NCBI GenBank assembly: GCA_910580155.1
Contig: CAJTWX010000001.1
Coordinates: 1-61,634 of the forward strand
Source of the DNA: an uncultured Alphaproteobacteria bacterium
Lineage (GTDB): Bacteria; Pseudomonadota; Alphaproteobacteria; RF32; CAG-239
Direction of reading: 5' to 3'
DNA: 61,634 nt
The position numbers and the translations under genes were made by a program. The notes under the pieces were generated by a model. It did not search any database. It was not told the origin of the DNA and saw only the letters and a list, made by a program, of their open reading frames with translations. Of the stretch, positions 9,419 through 18,571 are shown piece by piece. Position 1 is the first letter of the stretch. Every line of letters begins with the position of its first letter.

Positions 9419-10429
9419 ATGAGCGATAAAACTATGAAAATCGTTTTGTCAGTGCTGACAGTCATCTTATTGGCGCTGATAGCCTTTTTGTTTGTATCAA
9501 AAGGCTCGGTAAAAACCAATTTAAACAAAGCCGCACTGCGCATCGGTGAATTGCGCCAATATCGCACAATGAACCGTGCCGATGTCAATAATTATATGGA
9601 AAATGCGTTTGCCCGTGTTGGCTATGATGTTGTATCCGTAACCGAAGATAATCTTTATCCCTCAACAGCGGCAGATGCCGGAGTGAATGTTTATGTTCGC
9701 GGTTATAACCCGTTTAACGAGCTTAAAACTAATAAAAAAGCTGTCAACGTTGTTTACCTGCGCGATTTTGATTCGCTCTATGAAGAAGAAATGAAAGCCT
9801 TTGACGGTATCGCCACCTCTTCGCGTGATTTTTATGATTATGCACTTGGAGCCGGTTATGCTGCAGCGTATGTTCCGGAGTTTACCAATCCGTCCGTGTT
9901 CTATCCGGCTCCTCGCGCAGAGCTAGAGCGCAATCTGCTTTATGTCGGGGATAATGACCGTCCCAGTCCGGCAATGTCGGCAGCGCTTGAAGCCAAGCTT
10001 CCTGTTGAGATTTTCGGTCGTTTCTGGGCCGGAAATATTGATGACGGTTATGTTAAGGGCGAATACATCAGCGATGCGGATTTAGGCGCATATTTCTCTT
10101 CAGCCAAAATCAATCTGGTAAAAGTCAGCCCTCACGAAGCAGAAATCGGTATCATCCCGTCCCGCGTATATGATATTGCTGCCTCCAAAGGCTTTATGAT
10201 TGCGCCGTATAACAAAGAGATTGAAGCTGCGTTTGGCGATTCTATTCCGATGTTTAAAAATGCAGACGAACTGAAAGCGCTTTATAATCAATACATCAAT
10301 AATCCGAAAGCTCGAGCCGAAAAAGCCGAAAAAGCCTACAGAATTGCCGTTGCCGAATACAATGCCGATGCATTTGTTCAGCGTATAAATGGTTTGATTG
10401 AGTTTTTGATTGACGAGAAAAAACTCTAA
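9419..10429 (+). CDS. Membrane-anchored CgeB-like glycosyltransferase-family protein
   Basis: N-terminal TM helix. The C-terminal region (PSRVYDIAASKGFMIAPYN...FKNADELKALYNQYINNP) resembles the Glyco_trans_1_2/CgeB-type C-terminal domain. Confidence 0.55.
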   Translation: MSDKTMKIVLSVLTVILLALIAFLFVSKGSVKTNLNKAALRIGELRQYRTMNRADVNNYMENAFARVGYDVVSVTEDNLYPSTAADAGVNVYVRGYNPFNELKTNKKAVNVVYLRDFDSLYEEEMKAFDGIATSSRDFYDYALGAGYAAAYVPEFTNPSVFYPAPRAELERNLLYVGDNDRPSPAMSAALEAKLPVEIFGRFWAGNIDDGYVKGEYISDADLGAYFSSAKINLVKVSPHEAEIGIIPSRVYDIAASKGFMIAPYNKEIEAAFGDSIPMFKNADELKALYNQYINNPKARAEKAEKAYRIAVAEYNADAFVQRINGLIEFLIDEKKL

Positions 10430-10912
10430 ATGGCGATAAAATCCGGATATAAAAAAATTCTGTTTCCGGTCTTGCTGATAGCGGCAGCGGTGCTTTGCGC
10501 CCTGCCGTTTTTGACAAACTCTGAAAACGTTATTTACATATATACGGCTCGGCAAAAGCCGGATGTTGCGGAGCAAAAATTTATCGCAGCGTTAAAAGAG
10601 CAGGGCGTTATTGTTAAACTTAATGCGCCGGCGCCGCAAAATGCTGCTTTATGGTTTCGTCCGCCCGAACGTGTGGATGAGGCTGTGAAAAGTCCGGCAC
10701 AATATAATTTTATTTATAGCGAAGTATATAATGTGTTTGACTGGCGCGGAATGAAAAATCCGCCGGTTGTCTTAACCCCGCACCGCGACTTATTTGAACA
10801 CTACACGCGGTCAAACCTCAAAACAGCACTATTTGATATAAAGAACAGTCAATATGCTGCCCGAAAATTTCTGGAAATATTAAACTGGCTAAAGCTAAAT
10901 AGCCAAAATTAA
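10430..10912 (+). CDS. Hypothetical membrane-anchored protein (160 aa)
   Basis: The ATG directly abuts the stop of the upstream gene (TAAATG). One N-terminal hydrophobic helix. Confidence 0.6.
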   Translation: MAIKSGYKKILFPVLLIAAAVLCALPFLTNSENVIYIYTARQKPDVAEQKFIAALKEQGVIVKLNAPAPQNAALWFRPPERVDEAVKSPAQYNFIYSEVYNVFDWRGMKNPPVVLTPHRDLFEHYTRSNLKTALFDIKNSQYAARKFLEILNWLKLNSQN

Positions 10913-11604
10913 GCCGGCCGCCTGATAATCTCGGCCGCGTCTTCCATCTCGTCTTCAATCAGTCTGTGCTCAATCCCGTCATATTCGACAGCTTCCCAGT
11001 TAATACCGTGGGTTTCCAGCCATTCTTTCGTGAAATCAAGCGTTTTATATTGTACAGAAAGGTCGCTTGTACCGTGAAAAAGGTAAACATCAGGTTTTGA
11101 AGACAGCTCTTTTTCAAGCGTATCCTTGCCGCAGACAATTCCCGCAAACGGGAACACGCCGCCAAGTTTGTAGCGTCGGGTCAAGCCGGTAAAAATTGCC
11201 AGCATAGCCCCTTGTGAAAAGCCCATAATATAAGTATTTTTATTGGCAGCGCCATACTGTTTTTGCAGCGCCGTAATAAAACGGTTAATCTCTTTGGCCG
11301 CTTTGCTGATACGTTGTCCGGTGCGGTTATAAATCGCCACAATCTCATCGGTGGAGGTTTCAGGCTTTCTTCGCCGGCGTTCAGGGTCAACATCTGTTAA
11401 AGCATACCATTGTTTTTTAAGTGGATTGCGCTCAGATGCCTCAGGAGCTTCGGGAACAATAATCAAACTGTCTGGAATCTTTTGTGCCAACATCACTGCA
11501 TATGGTTCAACATCTGCAATATTGCTGTTGTAACCGTGCAAAAAAATAATCAGCTTGGAAACATTTCTTGTTGTGCCGAAAGTTTTATAAACCAGCTTGT
11601 CCAT
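10909..11604 (-). CDS. Phospholipase/carboxylesterase-family alpha/beta hydrolase
   Basis: Start refined to 11604 (AGGAGG RBS). Nucleophile elbow GFSQGAM and LFHGTSD, plus a C-terminal His, as in the carboxylesterase family. Confidence 0.75.
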   Translation of the reverse strand: MDKLVYKTFGTTRNVSKLIIFLHGYNSNIADVEPYAVMLAQKIPDSLIIVPEAPEASERNPLKKQWYALTDVDPERRRRKPETSTDEIVAIYNRTGQRISKAAKEINRFITALQKQYGAANKNTYIMGFSQGAMLAIFTGLTRRYKLGGVFPFAGIVCGKDTLEKELSSKPDVYLFHGTSDLSVQYKTLDFTKEWLETHGINWEAVEYDGIEHRLIEDEMEDAAEIIRRPA

Positions 11605-11742
11605 AACATTCCTCCTTTGCATATATTGACTGAATATAGAGAAAAGGTTAATATTTGCCTAATATATAATTAAATATCAAAAACAATTATACGCTGGCAG
11701 ATAAGCAGTCCGAATATTTTCTAAAAAATGCAAAAAAAGCGC

Positions 11743-11776
11743 TTGACAATTGAAAAATCGAGAACTAAAGTAGAAC
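11743..11776 (+). promoter_or_regulatory. lexA promoter with an overlapping alphaproteobacterial-type SOS box
   Basis: TTGACA lies at 11743-11748 and a candidate -10 TAAAGT at 11766-11771. The direct repeat GAAC-taaagta-GAAC at 11762-11776 (GAAC-N7-GAAC) overlaps the -10. Confidence 0.7.
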
Positions 11777-11802
11777 AAAATTTAAGCGATTACGGAGGGA
11801 AT

Positions 11803-12462
11803 ATGTTAACGCCTAAACAACATACATTATTAGTTTTTATAGATGAATTTATCAAACAAAACGGTCATTCACCGTCCTTTGAAGAGATGAAAGCCGCTGT
11901 CGGGCTAAAGTCTAAATCCGGCATACACGCATTGTTGAATTCACTTGAAGAGCGCGGCTTTATCCGCAAATTGGCACACAAAGCCCGTGCGCTGGAAGTT
12001 GTGAAACTTCCGAAAATGGAGCATTCTGCTGCCAAACCCCAAAACACGGCAAATGACAATGGCGAAACCGAGTTTTCACTCTCAATTCCGCTATATGGCA
12101 AAATTGCTGCCGGAACACCGATTGAGGCAATTGCAAACCCGTCCGAATATATCTATATCCCCAAAAGCTTTTCAACCGCATCGGAATTATATGCGCTGAC
12201 AATTGAGGGCGAATCAATGATTGAAGCCGGAATTTTTGACGGTGATACCGCAATTATCCGCCGTGCGGATCGCGCAAATAACGGGCAGATAGTCGTGGCG
12301 CTGGTAGATAATGAAGAGGCAACCTTAAAAGTGCTGGATAAAAAATCCGGCAACGAAGTCTGGTTGCTGCCGTGCAACAAAGAATATTCTCCGATTAAGC
12401 TCACGGCAGACCGCCTGAAAATTCAGGGTATTTTGTATGGTATTGTCCGCAAATATAACTAA
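11803..12462 (+). CDS. lexA: LexA repressor
   Basis: Start refined to the ATG at 11803 (GGAGG RBS). The N-terminal wHTH MLTPKQHTLLVFIDEFIKQNGHSPSFEEM...SGIHALLNSLEERGFIRKL is alphaproteobacterial-like. Ala-Gly cleavage site (KIAAGTP), catalytic Ser (GESM) and Lys (EATLKVL) are present. Confidence 0.9.
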   Translation: MLTPKQHTLLVFIDEFIKQNGHSPSFEEMKAAVGLKSKSGIHALLNSLEERGFIRKLAHKARALEVVKLPKMEHSAAKPQNTANDNGETEFSLSIPLYGKIAAGTPIEAIANPSEYIYIPKSFSTASELYALTIEGESMIEAGIFDGDTAIIRRADRANNGQIVVALVDNEEATLKVLDKKSGNEVWLLPCNKEYSPIKLTADRLKIQGILYGIVRKYN

Positions 12463-12471
12463 GGGGACATT

Positions 12472-13140
12472 ATGAAAAAAATTGCAATAATAACGGCAAT
12501 GGAAAGCGAATTTAACGCGATTTGCTCGCAATATGATTTTGCCTGCAATGATGGTATTGACCGTACCGAAGTTTATGGCAAGGAAATATTGCTCATAAAA
12601 TCCGGCATCGGCAAAGTGCACGGTGCGCTCGCTGCAGCAAAAGCCTGCAACGGCGGGGCAGATTTAGTCATAACCACCGGATTGGCTGGCGGCATTGATG
12701 CCTCCTTAACGCAGGGTGATATTGTGCTGGCGGAAAAAGTATGTTATCACGATGTCTGGTGCGGCGAACCGAATGCAAAAGGGCAGATACAGGATATGCC
12801 GCTCTATTACGAAACCCCGCAAGATATTTTGCGGCAAAGCATAATAAACGCACCTGAAAGCTATTTCCATCTGGGGCTGACCGTCACCGGTGACCAGTTC
12901 TTGACTGATCCGGTACGTTTAAACGAAATAAAGGCAGATTTTCCCGCAGCCCTTGCCACAGATATGGAAAGTGCGGCTATAGCGCAAGTGTGCTATTTGC
13001 ACCAAACGCCGTTTATGTCTTTGCGTATCATCAGTGATGTGGTCGGCAAACCCGAACAGGAAGAGCAATACAATGCTTTTTGGCAAAACGTTCCAAGCAA
13101 AGCTGCCGAAATGGTCAATATAGTGTTGAAAAATCTATAA
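12472..13140 (+). CDS. mtnN: 5'-methylthioadenosine/S-adenosylhomocysteine nucleosidase
   Basis: 222 aa with IAIITAMESEF, GIGKV, TGLAGG and ATDMESAAIAQVC, typical of Pfs/MtnN. Confidence 0.85.
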   Translation: MKKIAIITAMESEFNAICSQYDFACNDGIDRTEVYGKEILLIKSGIGKVHGALAAAKACNGGADLVITTGLAGGIDASLTQGDIVLAEKVCYHDVWCGEPNAKGQIQDMPLYYETPQDILRQSIINAPESYFHLGLTVTGDQFLTDPVRLNEIKADFPAALATDMESAAIAQVCYLHQTPFMSLRIISDVVGKPEQEEQYNAFWQNVPSKAAEMVNIVLKNL

Positions 13141-13177
13141 TCGCTGATATAAGCATAACAAACGTTTGTTTGTTTTC

Positions 13178-13215
13178 TGGCGCCCTGAATCTCCGAGCAG
13201 GGCGCCATTCTTTTA
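13178..13215 (+). terminator. Rho-independent terminator after mtnN
   Basis: Stem tggcgccctg (13178-13187) pairs with cagggcgcca (13198-13207), followed by ttctttt. Confidence 0.65.
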
Positions 13216-13352
13216 ACACTAAAAAAAGCCCTTTCTATCAAAAAAAAGGGCAGGGGATGGAGAATATTTCAATTCAGCCATCCCCTTTGTGAAAAAATCA
13301 TACACGCATACTTCGCCACCGACATTCCCCGACAAATCAGGGAAGGGAACGG

Positions 13353-14474
13353 CTAATAATTAAAACTGCGCCCCAACAGGGTCAGATAGAGCGAAAATTG
13401 CACTGTTAAGATAACAATGATATAAATAATCGCTAATAAAGTGTACCAGCTGGCATAGCGCAAAATCTTGCCTTTGCAACAGTCATCCACAAATTTGGGA
13501 GTACCATATGCGTTTTCAGCCCGTTCTTCTTCCATAAAACCAACTGCAATAAAAGTCTTAATCAGGTAGAAAAGGTTAATAAGCAACAGAATCAAAACCC
13601 CGAGCCCCAGCAAGCTGGAAGCAATGTCAGCATTTTCGGAAACCGGTTGATTATCCGGCAAAACATAATTGCCGGCAACAGCCAGAACAATCAGCCCCAG
13701 AGCAGAATAAGTCATCGGACCGAAAAAGCCTTTCCAGCCGTTAGCGCCAGTGTCGTGCAAACGGCGGACATAAAGCGCCAGATACACCAGCAGCTCTATT
13801 CCCGAAAACGCCCAATACGCATAAACCTTGGCCGGAGCAACCGGAACACCATACATCAATGCATTGTAGTTGGAGTATTCGTAAGGAACAATAACAAAGA
13901 GCATCAAAATAAAGTTAATCAGCATAAAAGCCCAAAAATCGCAGCGGTTCGTTCTGGCTTTATAAGTAAAAATGTTTTTATAAGCATCAAGCCACGCGGC
14001 AAAAACGTTTTTAAGTCCGCACAAACAGCAGGAAACAGCACAGCAGCTCTCTGCCGCATTTTCTTCTTTAAGAGCCATAAATTTCTTGGCTTCGGCTTTT
14101 TGCGCATTTTCCTTCAGTGCATTGCGCTTGTTTTTGGCTGAAACGGCTTTTGCGCCTTTTTCAATTGTTTCGGCAGCAACCGCATCTTTTTTGGTATTTT
14201 GCGCAACAGCCGGTTTGGCTTTCACTGTTTTTTTCGTTTCGTTTTTGGCTTTAATCTCCATAACGGCGTCAACAACGTCTTTATTTGCCGTAATTGGCGT
14301 ATAGTCAACTTTTTTAGCAGCTTTCTTTGCAGCGGTTTTCTTAGCCGGTGTTTTAGCAGCTGTCGTTTTTGCCGCCACGGTTCTTTTGGCTGCCGGTTTA
14401 ACCACGGCTTTCTCTGCCTCAACAGGCTCTGAAACTTTTTTCACATCTTCTTTCGAAGTCTTTTTGGTAACCAT
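13353..14474 (-). CDS. DUF805-family inner-membrane protein with a long Lys/Ala/Pro-rich N-terminal extension
   Basis: The C-terminal half has DUF805 hallmarks (RCDFWAF..., YVRRLHDTGANGW) and several TM helices. About 150 N-terminal aa are AKKTAAKKAAKK-type low complexity, followed by the Cys cluster CCAVSCCLCG. Confidence 0.75.
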   Translation of the reverse strand: MVTKKTSKEDVKKVSEPVEAEKAVVKPAAKRTVAAKTTAAKTPAKKTAAKKAAKKVDYTPITANKDVVDAVMEIKAKNETKKTVKAKPAVAQNTKKDAVAAETIEKGAKAVSAKNKRNALKENAQKAEAKKFMALKEENAAESCCAVSCCLCGLKNVFAAWLDAYKNIFTYKARTNRCDFWAFMLINFILMLFVIVPYEYSNYNALMYGVPVAPAKVYAYWAFSGIELLVYLALYVRRLHDTGANGWKGFFGPMTYSALGLIVLAVAGNYVLPDNQPVSENADIASSLLGLGVLILLLINLFYLIKTFIAVGFMEEERAENAYGTPKFVDDCCKGKILRYASWYTLLAIIYIIVILTVQFSLYLTLLGRSFNY

Positions 14475-14566
14475 AATGTCCCTCTCAAAAAAATTAATTT
14501 AAAACACATAATAATCAAAAAATCTCTTTTTACAACCGTTTGCCTCTTTTAAACACAAGATTTTTA

Positions 14567-15151
14567 TCAAAACAGCACCTTGGCAGATTTAAACTTTTTG
14601 CTTTTTTCATCAAAATTAACGCGCAAAACCGAGCCGTTCTCAAGCCGCAAAGTCTTTTTAAGGCAGCTCTCGGCAAAAATCCGCACCAGCATTCCGTGTG
14701 TGACGATAAGCACTTTTTGGCGCCTGTCTTCCAAAAGCTTGGTGATAAATTTCATAAACCGCTGCTGAACTTCGCCGATACTTTCGCCTTCGGGGTAACG
14801 GATGTCATAGCGCTCAAGGTTGTTAAGGTCGTTAAAAGCCGCATAGATGTATGGAAACTTGGCGTTCAAGTCAGTTTTTTTAACGCCGGTGGCTTTGCCA
14901 AAGTCCATCTCGCGCAGCCGTTTGGTGTAATGCAAAGGCAAATCCAGCGCGGCGCTGACAATTTCAGCAGTTTTTTTTGCGCGTTTCAAATCGCTGGAAT
15001 AAACGGTTTCAATTTCTTCATTGATAAGTTTTTCGCCGGCAAAATGCGCTTGCTCGAGGCCTTTTTTGTTAATCGGAGTATCGTTCCACCCCTGTACGCG
15101 CCCTTCAACATTCCAGTCGGTTTGTCCGTGCCTCATCAAATATAAAATCAT
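14567..15151 (-). CDS. Histidine phosphatase family protein (phosphoglycerate-mutase-like)
   Basis: LYLMRHGQTDWN (RHG catalytic motif) and a C-terminal VTHG. Confidence 0.8.
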   Translation of the reverse strand: MILYLMRHGQTDWNVEGRVQGWNDTPINKKGLEQAHFAGEKLINEEIETVYSSDLKRAKKTAEIVSAALDLPLHYTKRLREMDFGKATGVKKTDLNAKFPYIYAAFNDLNNLERYDIRYPEGESIGEVQQRFMKFITKLLEDRRQKVLIVTHGMLVRIFAESCLKKTLRLENGSVLRVNFDEKSKKFKSAKVLF

Positions 15152-15246
15152 TGGCGTTTATACTTTCTTTGTCATTTTTATTGTCTTATAGGATAAAATA
15201 TAAACTTTTTTCCCTAAAATCAAGCATAAAAGCAAAAATAATCACA

Positions 15247-16503
15247 TTATTCACAAGCTTTTTGCAACGCACAGAAAAAGAATCCGTCCGTTTTAGTGGC
15301 AAGCGGTGAAAATTTAAGCCATTTATCACTGTCAAACGGGTAAAACTCCATCTCAAGTGTATCTTTCCACAGCCAGCGATGGTCAAGCGGCTTAAATTCC
15401 GGATGTTTGGCAAGAAAAGCCTCAATCTGACGTTCGTTTTCTTCGCAAAAGACTGAACAGGTAATATAAATCAGCCGTCCGCCGGCCTTGGTATGCGCCG
15501 CGCCAAAGTCCAAAATTTCAGCCTGTGTCCGACAGATATCGGCAAGGCGCTCGGGGGTTAAACGGAATTTGCCGTCCGGCGAGCGCCTCCAGACGCCGCT
15601 GCCCGAGCAGGGAGCATCAATAATAAAGCGCGTATAGTCCGTGTCGGTCACGTCTTTGATAGTCTTGATATTGAGGATATCCAGCCGTTCTGCCCGCTTT
15701 TTAATGCGGGAAAGGCGCTCTTGGCTGATATCGTGCGCCCAAACCACACCGTCATTGTTCATAAGCGCGCCGATAGCCAGAGCTTTTCCGCCCGCTCCGG
15801 CGCAATAGTCAATCACCTTATGGTGCGGTTTAACGCGGCAAAGCAATGCGATAAGCTGCGATGCCTCGTCCATCACTTCAATTTCTCCGTCTTGGTAGGT
15901 CATACAGTTGTTAAGGTTTACCCTGTCTTCCGAACGCAGCCCGATGGGAGAAAAAGGTGTCGGGCTGAAAAATATTCCTTCTTTCTTAAGCCGGTCGCGG
16001 GCTTTCTCGCGGGAGGTCAGATTCGCGCGCACATCAACCGGCGCAGTCATATTCAGCGCCTCCAAAAGCTTCTTGTTTTCAAACTTGTCCAGTAGCCAGC
16101 GCGGACATTCATAAACAGCTTCGTCGCTTAGGGGGTCAATCGCTGCCGCTTGGCGTAAAGCCGTTTTTTCTTCTTTGGTAAGCGGGGCAGGGGCATACTC
16201 CTCCCCGTTAAAAAGCAAATCAAGATCCGCGTCAGCAAAACACATCGCTGCCAAAAGCCGCGGAGTTACCGCACCGCCCAGAGCTTCCGTATAGCTCATC
16301 CGGTTGCGGATAACCTTCCAGACATTGTCGGCAATCTGTCTCCGGTCTTTAGAGCCGATATAGCGACGCTCTTTAAAATATTTATCGACAATAACATCCG
16401 CCGGCAGCGAATCTTTCAAAACTTCGCCCAAAATCTCGATTATAGCCTGTACACGGCTTGCTTCTTTCATCTTTTTCCTCACAAAATACCGTTGTTTTGC
16501 CAT
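15247..16503 (-). CDS. RsmB/NOP2/Sun-family RNA m5C methyltransferase
   Basis: N-terminal NusB-like region, SAM-binding DYCAGAGGKA, and catalytic DAPCSGSGVWRR. Confidence 0.8.
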   Translation of the reverse strand: MAKQRYFVRKKMKEASRVQAIIEILGEVLKDSLPADVIVDKYFKERRYIGSKDRRQIADNVWKVIRNRMSYTEALGGAVTPRLLAAMCFADADLDLLFNGEEYAPAPLTKEEKTALRQAAAIDPLSDEAVYECPRWLLDKFENKKLLEALNMTAPVDVRANLTSREKARDRLKKEGIFFSPTPFSPIGLRSEDRVNLNNCMTYQDGEIEVMDEASQLIALLCRVKPHHKVIDYCAGAGGKALAIGALMNNDGVVWAHDISQERLSRIKKRAERLDILNIKTIKDVTDTDYTRFIIDAPCSGSGVWRRSPDGKFRLTPERLADICRTQAEILDFGAAHTKAGGRLIYITCSVFCEENERQIEAFLAKHPEFKPLDHRWLWKDTLEMEFYPFDSDKWLKFSPLATKTDGFFFCALQKACE

Positions 16504-16637
16504 TGTTTATACCGTATTTTCTGCACATTTCAAGCCTTGTTTGCAAATTTGCCCCCAGAGGAACACATTTTTTTGTTGCCAAAAAGCGAAAAATATGTTA
16601 TACCTCCGCCTAACGCTAACTACAGAAAGCATAATAA

Positions 16638-17852
16638 ATGGAAAAAATTCTGGTTTTGAACTCCGGCTCAACCTCTGTTAAATTCCAACTTTTTAAGATA
16701 GGGAAAGGCTTTCACGAAGTCATCGCCCGCGGAATGGCAGACCGTATCGGGCTTACCGGTTCAAAAATTGTCGTTAAGGCGGATGATGCGCACGAATTTT
16801 CAAGCGAATTACAAATAAAAGACCACAAAGATGCCATTAAGGCAATATTGGATTATCTCTCCCGCCGTTACATAAAAAATCCGTCCGAGCTGGCAGCTGT
16901 CGGCCACCGAATGGGGCACGGCGGCGAATATTTTGACCGCTCGGTCGTGATAGACGAAGATGTAATGCAAAAAATTTATGATACCGTACCGTTGCTGCCG
17001 TTGCACGGGCCGGCATTTGTGCACGGGCTGGAAGCAACCACCTCGCTGCTTCCGGGCGTATTGCAGGTGGCAACGTTTGACAGCGCATATCATCAGAGTA
17101 TGGAAAAACCGGCATATCTTTACGCTATACCACGCGAATATTATGAAAAAAATCAACTCCGCCGTTATGGATTTCACGGCACCTCTCATCACTATGCGGC
17201 CAAAGAGGCTGAAAAAATAATCGGGCACAAAGGGCGCTTCATCTGTTGCCATCTGGGCGGCGGCGCATCCATAACAGCCATTAAAGACGGTAAAAGCGTG
17301 GATACGACAATGGGTTACACGCCGTCTGCCGGCATAATAATGTCTACCCGCGCCGGCGATATGGACCCGTACATCCCGCTGCATATAATGAAAACCCAAA
17401 ACAAAACTCCCGATGATATCAATCGGATGATAAACAAAGAAAGCGGGTTAATCGGGTTGACCGAAGGCCATTCCGATATGCGCGATATTATCGAACAGGC
17501 AGAACAGGGGGACGAAAAATGCGCGTTTGCGATTGAGGCATTTGTTTATAACCTGATTAAAACCATCGGTGCGTATGTAGCAGTTTTGGGCGGTATAGAT
17601 GCGCTGATATTCACAGCGGGCATTGGCGAAAATGCGCCGATTATCCGCCAAAAAGTCTGCGAACGCCTGTCTTATCTGGGAATTGAGCTGGATACAGCAG
17701 CTAATAATATCCGTCCGGCGCCGCAAATGGTTACAACCGCGCAAAGCAAAGTCAAAGTGTTGGTTATTCCCGCTAATGAAGAGCTGATGATAGCCGAAGA
17801 AACCTTTGAGCTGTTGGAAGAACTGGCGGAAAAAGAGCCTTTGGCTGTATAA
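16638..17852 (+). CDS. ackA: Acetate kinase
   Basis: 404 aa with ILVLNSGSTSVKFQLF, GHRMGHGG, RRYGFHGTSH and CHLGGGASI, all typical of AckA. Confidence 0.9.
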   Translation: MEKILVLNSGSTSVKFQLFKIGKGFHEVIARGMADRIGLTGSKIVVKADDAHEFSSELQIKDHKDAIKAILDYLSRRYIKNPSELAAVGHRMGHGGEYFDRSVVIDEDVMQKIYDTVPLLPLHGPAFVHGLEATTSLLPGVLQVATFDSAYHQSMEKPAYLYAIPREYYEKNQLRRYGFHGTSHHYAAKEAEKIIGHKGRFICCHLGGGASITAIKDGKSVDTTMGYTPSAGIIMSTRAGDMDPYIPLHIMKTQNKTPDDINRMINKESGLIGLTEGHSDMRDIIEQAEQGDEKCAFAIEAFVYNLIKTIGAYVAVLGGIDALIFTAGIGENAPIIRQKVCERLSYLGIELDTAANNIRPAPQMVTTAQSKVKVLVIPANEELMIAEETFELLEELAEKEPLAV

Positions 17853-17869
17853 TATTTCGGAGACGGAAA

Positions 17870-18514
17870 ATGATGTTGAAGATTTTGATGCCGTCATTAA
17901 GCGAACTTGTTAATGCCGACTATGCGAGTGTCAAATCCGCAGAAAGCGAACGGCTGATAAATAAGAGCCTGAGCGGGCTTATTCCTTCAGCAGCGCCGGA
18001 ACTGCTGCAAATATCCGGTATCCCCGGCGCCGGAAAAAGCACTTTTTGTGCCGCGCATCCCAAAAAGAATTACCTGTTTTTAAGTTTTGACCGTATAATG
18101 ACCGCACTAAAGGGCTATCAGCAAGAACTAAAACAAAACGGCAGTGTCGCCGCATTTCAAAAATATGAAATGCCCGCCCGCATCATCGGCTATGAACTGC
18201 TGCGCCGCGCGCTCAATAAAAAAGTCAACATAATGTTTGAACACAGCGGAACGAATAAAGCGCATCTGGAGCTGTTTCGCAATATCCGCCAAAAGGGCTA
18301 TACGACAGCGGTTGATTTTATTATTTGTGACACGGCAACAGCCATCAGGCGTGCACAAAAACGCGCCGAAGAAACCAAGCGCTATGTCCCCGAAACGCTG
18401 ATACTGGAGCGTGCCGCCAAATTTAAGGAATATATGGACGCATACAAAAAAGAAACGGCGCGTATAGCGTTGTTTGACGGCGGAAATAATTTCCTCCCGT
18501 TAAACAAAATTTAA
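17870..18514 (+). CDS. Zeta-toxin-like / AAA_33-type P-loop kinase
   Basis: Walker A GIPGAGKST, then FDRI..., EHSG, and RAQKRAEETKRYVPE resembling the zeta-toxin kinase fold. It starts 18 nt after ackA. Confidence 0.55.
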   Translation: MMLKILMPSLSELVNADYASVKSAESERLINKSLSGLIPSAAPELLQISGIPGAGKSTFCAAHPKKNYLFLSFDRIMTALKGYQQELKQNGSVAAFQKYEMPARIIGYELLRRALNKKVNIMFEHSGTNKAHLELFRNIRQKGYTTAVDFIICDTATAIRRAQKRAEETKRYVPETLILERAAKFKEYMDAYKKETARIALFDGGNNFLPLNKI

Positions 18515-18571
18515 GAAAGCGCGTGCTACAAAACATTAACGGAAAACATATTTTTATAAGGTTTTTTTACG

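Noticed and set aside
11728-11802. The upstream ATG at 11728 as the lexA start (track ORF of 244 aa)
   Set aside because: The extra 25 codons would cover the TTGACA promoter and the SOS box. The ATG at 11803 has a GGAGG RBS and yields the canonical LexA N-terminus MLTPKQ.
14540-15145. A 201-aa plus-strand ORF opposite the histidine phosphatase gene. The same applies to 8747..9295 opposite rubrerythrin, 20083..20772 opposite umuC and 5038..5790 opposite hydG.
   Set aside because: In each case the opposite strand carries unmistakable catalytic motifs (RHG; rubredoxin and diiron sites; UmuC motifs; radical-SAM motifs). These are shadow ORFs.
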